Positions 25,560 through 34,824 of a stretch of DNA of 36,482 bases are shown here, one piece after another. The stretch lies in the IMG/VR virus record IMGVR_UViG_3300012347_000345, positions 1-36,482 of that record; one strand, given 5' to 3'. Source of the DNA: a virus. Taxonomy: Duplodnaviria > Caudoviricetes. The notes under the pieces were generated by a model that worked only from the letters and a program-made list of their open reading frames with translations, did not search any database and was not told the origin of the DNA. The position numbers were made by a program, and so were the translations under genes. Numbering within the stretch: the first letter of the stretch is position 1; every line of letters begins with the position of its first letter.

Positions 25560-25902
25560 TTCTTCTTGTTGCTTTAAAAGTAAGTTTTGTTTTTGTAAAG
25601 TCTGGATCAATAATATTGCTTAAAGCATACTCAACTCCATTAACTTCTAAAATATCAGTTGTTATTGGAATGAATGAGTTGCGATAACGCATTTCTCCTT
25701 CAAAGGATTGATTGACACCAAACTTAGAGCTTTCAATGTTTCGGATACCTCCGTAGTTGCCATAAAAAGAACTTGTTTCCGCAAAGTATATACTTGTCGT
25801 ATAGCTTGAATAAGTTACTCCAGATAAACCACCTGCACCATCGGATGTAGCCGATAGTTTGCGTTTAAATGTACCTTTAATTCGATTAAGTTTGTTATAC
25901 AT
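25552..25902 (-). CDS. Head closure (head-tail adaptor) protein
   Basis: DGAGG and RYR motifs; gene order. Confidence 0.72.
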   Translation of the reverse strand: MYNKLNRIKGTFKRKLSATSDGAGGLSGVTYSSYTTSIYFAETSSFYGNYGGIRNIESSKFGVNQSFEGEMRYRNSFIPITTDILEVNGVEYALSNIIDPDFTKTKLTFKATRRSA

Positions 25903-26431
25903 AAATAGGGCGATAATGTCTTATTCTGTCCTTAATTGCTTTTAATGCAAGTCTTTTATCTTCTACCTTATTGTCGAAATCTACGGCAATAATATCAAGA
26001 ATTGAGTTCTCAATATCTTTAGGTAATGAAGTGAATCCGCATACATAAGTTATTTTAATGCCACCGCCATTATAAGCACTTAATTTTGTTTTCTCTCCAC
26101 TTAATTCATAATCAGTATCAAGAATAAGTGCTTTATTATCAAAATCAACTACCGTAGTAATTGACTGAATAGGTGCAAATGGCAACATAACTGTACCATT
26201 GATTTGAGTATAAGATAATCTTACTGTTTTAGTCTTTAAACCACATTCAGTAAATAATTCAACCTCACGAAAAGCGGAAGCTAATAAAGCCGTAAGTTTA
26301 TCATCTTGGTCATCAAAATCAATGTTCAAATGCTCCTTAACTTGTGCTAAAGTTATAGGAATAGGTAATGAATCTGATGTTACCACCAAATCCATCCCTT
26401 GAGTTTTAACCGCTTCTAATTCGTAAGCCAT
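25895..26431 (-). CDS. Head-tail connector (gp6-like)
   Basis: ITL..VK.HL.ID...D..L..L..SA and LP..P..SI motifs. Confidence 0.85.
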   Translation of the reverse strand: MAYELEAVKTQGMDLVVTSDSLPIPITLAQVKEHLNIDFDDQDDKLTALLASAFREVELFTECGLKTKTVRLSYTQINGTVMLPFAPIQSITTVVDFDNKALILDTDYELSGEKTKLSAYNGGGIKITYVCGFTSLPKDIENSILDIIAVDFDNKVEDKRLALKAIKDRIRHYRPIYV

Positions 26432-26628
26432 TATTTCTTCTTGAATACAGGTTTATCAGCTTTATCCTTATCTGCTTTAACAGTTGCAGATTTCTCTAAA
26501 ACCTCTACTAATTTTTTGTTATTTAAAACATCTGCACGATCATCCGAACATTCGAAAATATCACCTGCATTACGCAAAGCATTAGTTTCTAAGTCATGGA
26601 AAATAGTCAATACTTTTACCTTTGCCAT
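26431..26628 (-). CDS. Small head-associated protein
   Basis: V...F.D.....R..GD.FE....RA..L pattern; follows the capsid gene. Confidence 0.7.
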   Translation of the reverse strand: MAKVKVLTIFHDLETNALRNAGDIFECSDDRADVLNNKKLVEVLEKSATVKADKDKADKPVFKKK

Positions 26629-26648
26629 TATATTATTATTTAGTTTTT

Positions 26649-26686
26649 AAAAAATAAGCCTACTGTTCTTATGGGAAGTAGGCTTA
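26649..26686 (-). terminator. Terminator after the major capsid gene
   Basis: TAAGCCTACT/AGTAGGCTTA stem with U tract. Confidence 0.8.
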
Positions 26687-26719
26687 CATAATTAACAAAA
26701 AACAAAACAAAAAGATATA

Positions 26720-27904
26720 TTATGCTACCACAAAAACACCTTTTCTCATTGCTGAACCGAAGTAGATTGGCAATGCGATTGATTCCTCAACACGAACAGT
26801 TACCAAGTTTTTAGTGAAGTTATCACCATCTTCGTAAGCGAACTCAGTCATGATGTTATCTTCGAACAACAATTCTGCTGCACGGTTCATATCACCTACT
26901 AAGAAGCTATTTGCATCAATGATGTCAGTAGCAATTACAGGAACACCAGCGATAGACAAGTTACCACTTGCAACTAAAGAAGGGAAAGAGTAACCTGCAC
27001 CTGATTCTTTGTTGATCAACAATTCCATGAAGTCGATTGGATTAACCAAAACAACATTTGGAGTAAAACGAGCAGCCTTCAATTGTGCGATAGCGTTAGC
27101 TAACTTATCCCAACGATTAGAAGAAGTTGTTACTGAACCTGATGGAGTGTAAGAAGTAGCTGATTCCCATAAGCCTACGAAATCAGAAGTACCTGCAGTA
27201 TCTAACAAGTTAGTATCTTCAACGATTAACAAATCTTGTACCATTTGAGTAGATACGAAGTTTTGCAACCAAGATAAGCGTTGTAACATTTGCTTAGAAA
27301 TCTTTGCGTAAGCAGCGATTGTCTTAGGAGTTACCTCTGTGATTGTGAAATCGTAATCCACTTGAGCCTTAGAAGCACCTTCAGTTTGGATTGCAGGAGC
27401 ACCTTCACCACTTGTTTTCTTAGCAAACTTGAATACACCATTTTGCTCAATTGTAGAAGAACGCATCAAATCACGCAAGTGAATTTGGCGGAAAGGATCA
27501 GTCAATACAACATTTGACAAACCAGCAATCTTAGAAGCCCAATCAGAACCAATGTTTGCAGGCAAAGTCATTGTACCTACTGCTTTCATGTTCAATCCGA
27601 AAGCTGCATCACGGCGAGCACCTAAAGCCTTAAATTTATCAGCATTAGCTTCGAAAGCCTTAGCCATGAAGTTCTCAGGTTGAGAAGATACATTCTTTTG
27701 GTTTGCATCTAAGATAGAATCAGCTAATCCTTTTTCTACCAATCCTAATTTCTCCTCTAAAGAAGCAAATTTCTCACCTGCATTCTTAACTTGGTTAGTC
27801 AAATCATCAATGTTCAAACCTTCGATTTCACGACTAACACCTTTTTGAATCATTTCGTTAAGGTCGCCTTTTACTTCCTCAACTAATTTTTTAATATCCT
27901 CCAT
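26720..27904 (-). CDS. Major capsid protein, HK97 fold
   Basis: N-terminal coiled-coil delta domain; EG..K, TIA....ISKQML, G.PV, GD and FTKNLVTVRVE motifs. Confidence 0.95.
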   Translation of the reverse strand: MEDIKKLVEEVKGDLNEMIQKGVSREIEGLNIDDLTNQVKNAGEKFASLEEKLGLVEKGLADSILDANQKNVSSQPENFMAKAFEANADKFKALGARRDAAFGLNMKAVGTMTLPANIGSDWASKIAGLSNVVLTDPFRQIHLRDLMRSSTIEQNGVFKFAKKTSGEGAPAIQTEGASKAQVDYDFTITEVTPKTIAAYAKISKQMLQRLSWLQNFVSTQMVQDLLIVEDTNLLDTAGTSDFVGLWESATSYTPSGSVTTSSNRWDKLANAIAQLKAARFTPNVVLVNPIDFMELLINKESGAGYSFPSLVASGNLSIAGVPVIATDIIDANSFLVGDMNRAAELLFEDNIMTEFAYEDGDNFTKNLVTVRVEESIALPIYFGSAMRKGVFVVA

Positions 27905-28632
27905 TATTTAAACGAGTTTTTTAATTGTTGTAAAAATTCTAATTGTTGTTTTTGGATTAATTCTTCTGGATTAATCGCTTCAAGAGTGGTTGCAATCTCC
28001 GACTTCTCTCTACCATTAATTAGCTTGAACATTTCCGACTTGATAAAGTTATACTCAATTTCTAACAATTCATAGGATTCATCCTTTAAATTTCCTTTAC
28101 GCAACATTTTGTAAAGTTTTTCAAATCTATCTGATAACCCTTTAGCATCCAAGGATTTTAACCCTAAGAATGGTGTATCGGGATTAGCAGCCCATAAAAC
28201 TGAAGAAAACTCATATAATTTAACTTCTTGAATCTCATAATAAGGAATCCCGTTTTTAGGCTCTACTTTATCCTCTTTAATTGTTGAGAACCCAATTGAG
28301 TGTTGGTTGATCAATCCTTCTTCGTAAAGTTTAAGAATGTCCTCACCAACTTCGGTATCAACAATTTTAGCTTCAAAGTAAAGACCAAAAGAATCTTCCT
28401 TTAAGACTTGTGGCTTTCCAAGAGGCTTAGAAGAATCATGGTCATGTAAGAACCAAATTTCATTCTTGCCATCTACACCTCTTTCTTTAATGGTTTTAGA
28501 AAATGCACCAGGCATAATCATATCACCATGTAAATCAATATTACCAAACTTAGCTGCGTAACCCGTAACGATTCGCTTTTCGATGTCTAAGTCAGTAATC
28601 TCTCCATCAGACTTTATTTTATAATCTCTCAT
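27904..28632 (-). CDS. HK97-family prohead protease
   Basis: GYAA.FGN.D..GD.I.PGAF, HD, SIGF and LYE.S.V...ANP motifs. Confidence 0.95.
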   Translation of the reverse strand: MRDYKIKSDGEITDLDIEKRIVTGYAAKFGNIDLHGDMIMPGAFSKTIKERGVDGKNEIWFLHDHDSSKPLGKPQVLKEDSFGLYFEAKIVDTEVGEDILKLYEEGLINQHSIGFSTIKEDKVEPKNGIPYYEIQEVKLYEFSSVLWAANPDTPFLGLKSLDAKGLSDRFEKLYKMLRKGNLKDESYELLEIEYNFIKSEMFKLINGREKSEIATTLEAINPEELIQKQQLEFLQQLKNSFK

Positions 28633-28649
28633 ATCTAATTCAATATTCG

Positions 28650-28679
28650 CAAATATAACAAAAATTAATTATTACCAAA
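28650..28679 (-). promoter_or_regulatory. Internal promoter for the protease/capsid genes
   Basis: Minus strand TTTG (28676-28679), 18-nt spacer, TATATTTG (28650-28657). Confidence 0.7.
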
Positions 28680-29411
28680 CTATACAAACATAATGCCACA
28701 ACGGCAATTAACCAATTCGGATACAGGTGCACTATTATCGCCTGGAGCATTCATTGGGAATCCTCCTACGATAAACTTTTCAGAAATGCCAATAGCAGGA
28801 TAATCAGCCATAGCACCATGTGTTGCTCTCTCTTTTCCATCCATTGTTACTATCCACTTTTTCTTAATTTCTTTTTTCTCCAATTTAGCCCACTCTAAAC
28901 TTGCAAGATTCATAATCTTAGTTGTTTCAGTTCTTGCAATCATTTGGGCACGAATAATATTCTTTTGCGTAAGATACAAAGCAAGCAAAGTGATAATAGC
29001 ATTAGCAGATATTCCTTGGCTAACCTTGTCCTCTACAAATCGCTTTATATCGTTCTTAATTGTTCGAATGATACCAAGTATCACAATGAACTCTAAAAGG
29101 TTGTTAAAAAGCAAAAGAACTGCCAAATTCCATGCGTTATTAAACTCATCATCTTCGGCTTTCTTATTAGTTGTGTTTAAGAACTCATTTTGCTTTCTCC
29201 CAAACTTATAATAAGCATCTTTAAGAATCTCCATCATCCACTTATCGCTAAAGTGCGATGTGATGTGAAATGTGCTTGGATTTCTACCATCAAGGCTTTT
29301 AATGTAAGCCTTTGTTTCAATGTTTAATTTAGTTTGTAAGAAAGCATAAAATCCTCTTTCGTTTATATCATGCCTTCGTGCCCATGCTCGGATGTATTGT
29401 GATTCTTTCAT
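28680..29411 (-). CDS. Minor head morphogenesis protein (Mu gpF / SPP1 gp7-like)
   Basis: RA..IARTET, K.W....D...R..H and NCRC motifs. Confidence 0.88.
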   Translation of the reverse strand: MKESQYIRAWARRHDINERGFYAFLQTKLNIETKAYIKSLDGRNPSTFHITSHFSDKWMMEILKDAYYKFGRKQNEFLNTTNKKAEDDEFNNAWNLAVLLLFNNLLEFIVILGIIRTIKNDIKRFVEDKVSQGISANAIITLLALYLTQKNIIRAQMIARTETTKIMNLASLEWAKLEKKEIKKKWIVTMDGKERATHGAMADYPAIGISEKFIVGGFPMNAPGDNSAPVSELVNCRCGIMFV

Positions 29412-29545
29412 TTCTTGTTTCTAAATATGCGTTCAACCTTTTTGCGTTCAATTCTTTTATGCTCAGGCTCATAAGTAATCATGAACCCAAGCAAGAAAGA
29501 AGCAACTGCACTAACTATAACAATAATTGAAGTGATATAATCCAT
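29408..29545 (-). CDS. Small membrane protein (45 aa)
   Basis: Read by eye as MDYITSIIVIVSAVASFLLGFMITYEPEHKRIERKKVERIFRNKK; fills the gap exactly, with an ATGA overlap. Confidence 0.65.
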   Translation of the reverse strand: MDYITSIIVIVSAVASFLLGFMITYEPEHKRIERKKVERIFRNKK

Positions 29546-29547
29546 AA

Positions 29548-30930
29548 TTATTCAGTTTCATCAGTTCCAATAATCGGAGAACCGATAGTGTTAGGGTCAA
29601 TATTCAAGCTACCAATTGGCACTTGATTAGATTTAATATAAACATTTTGCATAATAGGGTCATTTGTTGGCTCAAAGTCCATAAACACCCTTTTCTCATC
29701 TTGAGTAAGAACACCATCAAGTTTCTCTAAGATTGTCGCTGCATCCAAGAAGTTTTGCTTCATCTCTGGATAAGCATCAACATCAAAGCGTAAAATGTAT
29801 TGAGATGGGTTAATGCTCATTGTAGGAGCAAGCCATGCAAGCATTTTTTCCAATACTTTAGATTGCAATGGAATAACGCAGTTAATAATCATTCTACGGA
29901 TAAAGTGAGCCAAGTTGCTTTCAGTCAAGTTATCTGAGTTCAAAAGAACATAAGGATAGTGCCATAAACGACACAACTGCTCGGTAGATAACTTACTCAT
30001 TTGGCGAAGGTCTAAGTCAATGTTACTCGTAGATAGCTTTAAGTAACCCATCTTAGTATTTGAGAAGGCAATACGACCTTGGTTTGCCGAATTGTAAACT
30101 TTGTCATAAACTCGGTCTTGCAAATCCTGATAACCACTTCCACTAATATCTTGAACATTAGGGTCATCGGTATAAAGCATACCAACCGCACCACGAGTTT
30201 CGTAATTCTCAATTGCTACTTCCTCACCGCTATTAGCTTTTTGTAAAACACGAGAACCAGCTTGCAAAGGAGAGAATCCACGAGGAATGCTCAAGAAGTT
30301 GGTTTCGTTGGGATTGAATGAACGGAACGATAAGAAAAACTTAGGGTCAATGTTTTGCACATTTAAAGAGAAAATGTTATACCCAATAATCTTACGGAAT
30401 CCATCTGTAACGATTTGGTAGTCGTTAGCAGCGATAACATGAAGTCTTGCAATTTTGCCTTTTTTGATTGGATCTTCCTCCGCATAAATACCAACATCAC
30501 CTAAAAGCAAGTACCAAGAGAAAATAGCCTCAAAAAACTCTTTTGTTGTTTGGTAATTGTTTGGTTGTCTTAATAATGCCAAAATTGGATGTTCTTCCAA
30601 TTCCTTTAAGTTCTTCTTCTTAATGCCATTAGCTTCCATGATACTTCTATCATTTGGTCGCATCATTAAGGATTTAAATCTTTCCGCCTTCTTTACATCA
30701 ACCTTATTAGCTTGATATAATTCTAACGGAACTTCAACGGCACGAGATGCAATATCACTAATGATTGCATACACATCCACATTCTTTTCGTATCCATTTT
30801 GAATCGCATCACGATAGTCAGCGTTGTATAAAGAATAAGTTTGCCCACCCATGAAGATTTGTTGTTGCTTCATTTGTTGGCTTTCAATTGAAATGGCTTT
30901 CTTGCCAGTAATAAAATCGAATAATCCCAT
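29548..30930 (-). CDS. Portal protein (HK97-type)
   Basis: VYA.I..IA, HP...LL..PN, LLLG, G.SPL and LT.DE.R motifs. Confidence 0.93.
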   Translation of the reverse strand: MGLFDFITGKKAISIESQQMKQQQIFMGGQTYSLYNADYRDAIQNGYEKNVDVYAIISDIASRAVEVPLELYQANKVDVKKAERFKSLMMRPNDRSIMEANGIKKKNLKELEEHPILALLRQPNNYQTTKEFFEAIFSWYLLLGDVGIYAEEDPIKKGKIARLHVIAANDYQIVTDGFRKIIGYNIFSLNVQNIDPKFFLSFRSFNPNETNFLSIPRGFSPLQAGSRVLQKANSGEEVAIENYETRGAVGMLYTDDPNVQDISGSGYQDLQDRVYDKVYNSANQGRIAFSNTKMGYLKLSTSNIDLDLRQMSKLSTEQLCRLWHYPYVLLNSDNLTESNLAHFIRRMIINCVIPLQSKVLEKMLAWLAPTMSINPSQYILRFDVDAYPEMKQNFLDAATILEKLDGVLTQDEKRVFMDFEPTNDPIMQNVYIKSNQVPIGSLNIDPNTIGSPIIGTDETE

Positions 30931-30933
30931 CGT

Positions 30934-32316
30934 TTAAAAAATTAAAAGTTTCTTTTTTGAATACTTTGTATAAATCGCATATCTAATAGCATCAAGTGCG
31001 TGGTTAAAATCATCTATTGGTTTATTGATTGGTTTACCACCAACCGTTAGCCATTGATAATTGTCCACTTCTTTCTTGATATTCTTTGACCTACGAGTAT
31101 AATACACTTCATACTCTCGTAATTTACTAATACCAGCATTAACGGAATCGTTCCCTTTTACTGCTTTGAGAACTTTGACACCAGCTCTGCGTAATTCCTC
31201 AATTGATTTTGGATCAGCACTATCGGCATAAATCTCCCCATACTTATCGGGGTACATTTCAATCCTTTTGACCAAATCGGAATTAGTTAATCCTTTATCG
31301 TAAATTACTTCGTCAAGGTACAACTTATTACCAATTTTAGCAATTCTCACTAAAGCGGTTGGGTCATTAGAGAATCCAAAGTCAAGCCCACTAAAAATAA
31401 CCTCGGCATCCTTCGGAAAGAACTCGCACACTTGCCAATCATGATAAATCAAGGATTCACTACTTGGCTTAGGATTTTGCTGATAAAGTGATTCAAAAGT
31501 AAAAGGTTCATTTTTCTTAACCTTTAATAGCTTCTCAGCACTATGTTTAGCCTCCCATAAAGCCTCACCTTCTTTTCTGTGATCATAATCATTCTCGGCT
31601 CTTTCTCGGATAGCGGGAAACTCAATAATTGTCCAATCATCATCTCTTTCAAGCAAACGACCAGCTAAGTCATCATCGTACCACCGAGTTTGGATAATAA
31701 TTTGTGCTGAATCGTTATGTAAGCGAGTTTCGAACACATCGGTGTACCAATTCCACAACTGCTCCTTGATAATGTTAGATTGAGCCTCTTGGCGGTCTTT
31801 TAAGGGGTCATCTATAATACCTAAGTCCACGGCAGTTCCTGTTAGTGAACCACCACGACCAACGGCTTTTAAATAACCACCTGTTCCAACTACTTGAAAA
31901 AACTCGGCGGTTCGAATAGCTTCACCTTTCTTTTCACTAACACGAGTGTCGGGGAATAATATCTTATACTCATCACTCGTGATTCTTCTTTGGATCTCGG
32001 CACTAAATTGTTCAGCTAAGGTTGCGTTATAAGATGCAAGAGCAATCTTTAGATTAGGCTTCTTACCCAAAGCATAAGTCGGGAAGCTACGAGTTGATAA
32101 TTCAGACTTTCCGTGTTGAGGAGGTACAAATATCATTAGCTTCTTAATCTTGCCATCAAGAACCATATCCAAATGGTCGGCAATAACTTTATGAAACCAT
32201 TGCATATCATAGTCAGGCTTGATATACTTTACAAAGTTATCAAATGACCTCCTCGAAATCTCTCTCCTCAATATCTCTCTCTCGAAGTTCCGAAAGTCGT
32301 TGTCTAATTTCTTCAT
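30934..32316 (-). CDS. terL: Terminase large subunit
   Basis: PPQHGKS Walker A, IIDDP.K, TRW..DDL.G, GLDFGF.NDP and NH..DA.RY motifs. Confidence 0.96.
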   Translation of the reverse strand: MKKLDNDFRNFEREILRREISRRSFDNFVKYIKPDYDMQWFHKVIADHLDMVLDGKIKKLMIFVPPQHGKSELSTRSFPTYALGKKPNLKIALASYNATLAEQFSAEIQRRITSDEYKILFPDTRVSEKKGEAIRTAEFFQVVGTGGYLKAVGRGGSLTGTAVDLGIIDDPLKDRQEAQSNIIKEQLWNWYTDVFETRLHNDSAQIIIQTRWYDDDLAGRLLERDDDWTIIEFPAIRERAENDYDHRKEGEALWEAKHSAEKLLKVKKNEPFTFESLYQQNPKPSSESLIYHDWQVCEFFPKDAEVIFSGLDFGFSNDPTALVRIAKIGNKLYLDEVIYDKGLTNSDLVKRIEMYPDKYGEIYADSADPKSIEELRRAGVKVLKAVKGNDSVNAGISKLREYEVYYTRRSKNIKKEVDNYQWLTVGGKPINKPIDDFNHALDAIRYAIYTKYSKKKLLIF

Positions 32317-32722
32317 CGCTTAATTGTCTTGGGTCTATAATGTCTTCTCTAACTACCTTTTCCATTTGAATAGCTTGTAATGCCTTTCCATGTTGAAACT
32401 CTAACATAAATTGAGTGTTCTTCATTTCACCATTCTTAATATCACCTAAGATGGCATTGGCTACTACGGCAATGAAACCAGGGGTTTGAGAATCGGTTGC
32501 TACTCTTTTGATCTCACTTACAGTCATTGATTGAACTAAAGCGGTAACACTCATTACATCATGCCTACTTAGCTTGACATCAAGAATATCACCAGCTTCT
32601 TCGATGACTTTCCTAATCATACTCTTTGGTCTTCCATTAGGATTGCGAACCTCACCCTTTTGAACAGGCTTTAAGTTCTTAATACTATTTGGGTGAACCT
32701 CTCTTTTCTTTTCTTCACTCAT
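32240..32722 (-). CDS. terS: Terminase small subunit
   Basis: NL.P..KG..RNPNGRPK motif; directly upstream of terL. Confidence 0.8.
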   Translation of the reverse strand: MSEEKKREVHPNSIKNLKPVQKGEVRNPNGRPKSMIRKVIEEAGDILDVKLSRHDVMSVTALVQSMTVSEIKRVATDSQTPGFIAVVANAILGDIKNGEMKNTQFMLEFQHGKALQAIQMEKVVREDIIDPRQLSDEEIRQRLSELRERDIEERDFEEVI

Positions 32723-32818
32723 AAGTGTAGTTGTTTAAGGGTTTCAAATTGGGTTTATATTTTTTTTATGTGGAATTGATTTTTACTTTCTTTTTCAAAA
32801 TTGGCTAACCGAAAATAT

Positions 32819-32852
32819 ATTACACTATATCATTACACTAAGTATTACACTA
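32819..32852. repeat. Three direct ATTACACTA repeats next to the candidate late promoter
   Basis: Copies at 32819, 32832 and 32844; possible minus-strand -7 box TATTTTCG at 32810-32817. Confidence 0.7.
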
Positions 32853-32883
32853 AAGAGTATAATAATATAATATATATGTTTTC

Positions 32884-33033
32884 TTATTTAGAACGAATCT
32901 AAATAACACCTAACTACTTAATAACCAAACCTTTATCTATGAGTTTTACCCGATTTTTGCCTTATTTAGAACCAATCTTAATAATGTTTACACCACAAAC
33001 ATAACACTTCTTATTTAGATTCAATCTAATTTC
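32884..33033. promoter_or_regulatory. Three Fur-box-like palindromes (TTATTTAGA-N5-TCTAAATAA type)
   Basis: Copies at 32884-32906 (perfect 9-bp arms), 32962-32984 and 33011-33033. Confidence 0.6.
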
Positions 33034-33728
33034 TTTGTTTTTACCTAATTTTTAAATGCGGTGTTTACATCTATTACCTATATTTTCCTAGGTTTTTTTT
33101 GTTGGGTACCCCGACTAATTTCAGTAACCCCTCTTTGCTCCCCACCTTTTGGGATCACCCCCTCAAATGCTCCAATACAGCCCAATAACACCAAATAACA
33201 CACCTATGCGGGTGTAATCATGTAGTTACAAAGGTATCCCCACGGTGGAGGGTGTAGTAGTAAGGGGGTAGCCCACCACCTAAAACCATATAATAGCAAT
33301 CCCAATAACCCACCAAAGTGAAACAATATAACACCCATAGATAACACCCATAGATAGCCAACATAGTAAGCCAATACACCCAACTAGATAAACCACATAA
33401 ACACACACACCTAGCTAAGTAGATCCACCTAGGTAAGCCAATCAATACAACATAAAACAATAAGGTAGTAACATGAGTAACTAACATAACCCAACTAGGT
33501 AAATAGGTTAATGAATGTGATCACCTAGGTAATAGCATGAGTGTACTAATGTGATCAGACATAAGATCCAATTTAAGGTACTATATCTTTAATCTAAGAG
33601 AGTTTATAAGTAAGGATAATAATCATAAGGGTAACCATAATAAAGTGCCTTAGATGCAAAAAGTACCTAGATCATGCTAGATAAATGTTTACGGGAATAG
33701 AATATATACTTTTTTATTATACTCTATT

Positions 33729-33807
33729 ATTACACTTAATAGAGTAATTAAGAGTGCAATATATGGTGTAATAAGAGTGTAATATATAGTGCAATAAAGG
33801 GTATAAT
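33729..33807. repeat. Phased RGTGYAAT array, inverted relative to 32819-32852
   Basis: Copies at 33741 (degenerate), 33753, 33765, 33776, 33788 and 33800 (degenerate); period 11-12 bp; one opposite-orientation copy at 33729. Confidence 0.7.
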
Positions 33808-33879
33808 CTGTAATTGGTAAAAAAGTGATTTATTTTAATTACACAAGTGCTTAGGATAAGTATTTTATATCATGTCGCT

Positions 33880-33898
33880 ATTTAGAATGATTATAAAT
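33880..33898. promoter_or_regulatory. Fur-box-like palindrome upstream of the first early promoter
   Basis: ATTTAGAATGATTATAAAT. Confidence 0.5.
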
Positions 33899-33929
33899 AT
33901 TGATCGAAATCAAAAATAGTTTAATTGAT

Positions 33930-33962
33930 CTATTGTATATTTGTAAACAAGTATTATATTCG
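33930..33962 (+). promoter_or_regulatory. Early promoter P1
   Basis: TTG...TATATTCG; a 31-bp block is identical to 34542-34572. Confidence 0.75.
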
Positions 33963-33996
33963 CATATCATTTAAACACAACAAAAAATAAAACATT

Positions 33997-34287
33997 ATGA
34001 AAAAGCAACTTTTAAACTCAATCACAACTAATAATTTCCTAGTTAATCTTTTTGCTTCATTGGGCATTATTTCAATTTTAGGGCTTGTATCTTTTCCTTT
34101 TATGGGCTTGCCTTCATTGGCTTTTATTTGTGCCGTTTTAGTTCCTTTATTCTTTGTCCTTATGAGTTCAAGCGAAAAGGATTTGTACACCGATTTAAAA
34201 GAGGCAAAAGATCAATTAGGTTTATCAATGTTCACAAATGATAAAGCCCTATTGAAAAAATGCTTGCAAGTTGCTAAATCAATTTAA
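33997..34287 (+). CDS. Early membrane protein (two TM helices)
   Basis: Hydrophobic N-terminal half; first gene after P1. Confidence 0.7.
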   Translation: MKKQLLNSITTNNFLVNLFASLGIISILGLVSFPFMGLPSLAFICAVLVPLFFVLMSSSEKDLYTDLKEAKDQLGLSMFTNDKALLKKCLQVAKSI

Positions 34288-34311
34288 TAAACCTTTAAAA
34301 AATAAACACTC

Positions 34312-34524
34312 ATGAAAAACTTGACACCTACACAAAAAAGAAATTTATTAGCTGATTTGATCACCTTAAAATCTCAATGTGGTTATGATATAATTCACCT
34401 AGTTGGGCAACCGCTAAGCTATTTTGATTTCGAAAAGGTAAAATCTTTAATAAATGAAATTGCAATAGAATACCAAGAAATGACAGGTCATGAGTTTTAT
34501 TTTACCTATTCAGAAAGAAATTAA
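34312..34524 (+). CDS. Early hypothetical protein
   Basis: ORF track; typical leader. Confidence 0.72.
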   Translation: MKNLTPTQKRNLLADLITLKSQCGYDIIHLVGQPLSYFDFEKVKSLINEIAIEYQEMTGHEFYFTYSERN

Positions 34525-34541
34525 AAAATATTTTTATCTAG

Positions 34542-34574
34542 CTATTGTATATTTGTAAACAAGTATTATATTTG
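34542..34574 (+). promoter_or_regulatory. Early promoter P2
   Basis: TTG...TATATTTG; duplicate of P1. Confidence 0.78.
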
Positions 34575-34608
34575 TACAAGAAATCAATCACACAAAAAAA
34601 ACAACATT

Positions 34609-34797
34609 ATGAAAACCTTTCAAACTACCTTACAAGTTATTTTATTGATCCTTTCAGGCTTATCTCTTATGCTTATCATTAAGCAAGTTTTAGAAAGCAA
34701 TTATAGCACAAATCACCTATGCTTAATTATTGTTTTTTGTTTACCTGTTATATTTTGCTTTGTATTATCAGCAAGTTTATTAAGCCAAAAGAAATAA
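34609..34797 (+). CDS. Early membrane protein (two TM helices)
   Basis: ORF track; hydrophobic. Confidence 0.68.
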   Translation: MKTFQTTLQVILLILSGLSLMLIIKQVLESNYSTNHLCLIIVFCLPVIFCFVLSASLLSQKK

Positions 34798-34824
34798 TCA
34801 TTTAACCCATAAACACAAAATAAG

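Noticed and set aside
14093-29211. Short + strand ORFs inside the structural operon (14093, 14604, 15051, 17068, 18892, 21697, 24050, 26441, 27290, 28990)
   Set aside because: Antisense shadows of well-supported minus-strand genes.
32240-32316. terS-terL frameshift fusion
   Set aside because: The 77-nt overlap is explained by an in-frame ATG for terL, and no clear slippery heptamer was seen.
33218-33487. 89-aa minus-strand ORF
   Set aside because: It arises from C/A-skewed repetitive DNA, has an odd composition and lacks a typical leader.
32723-33996. CRISPR mini-array or Xer/dif site
   Set aside because: The palindromes are irregularly spaced and degenerate, with no repeat-spacer periodicity; I could not match them to a dif consensus and no recombinase is encoded.
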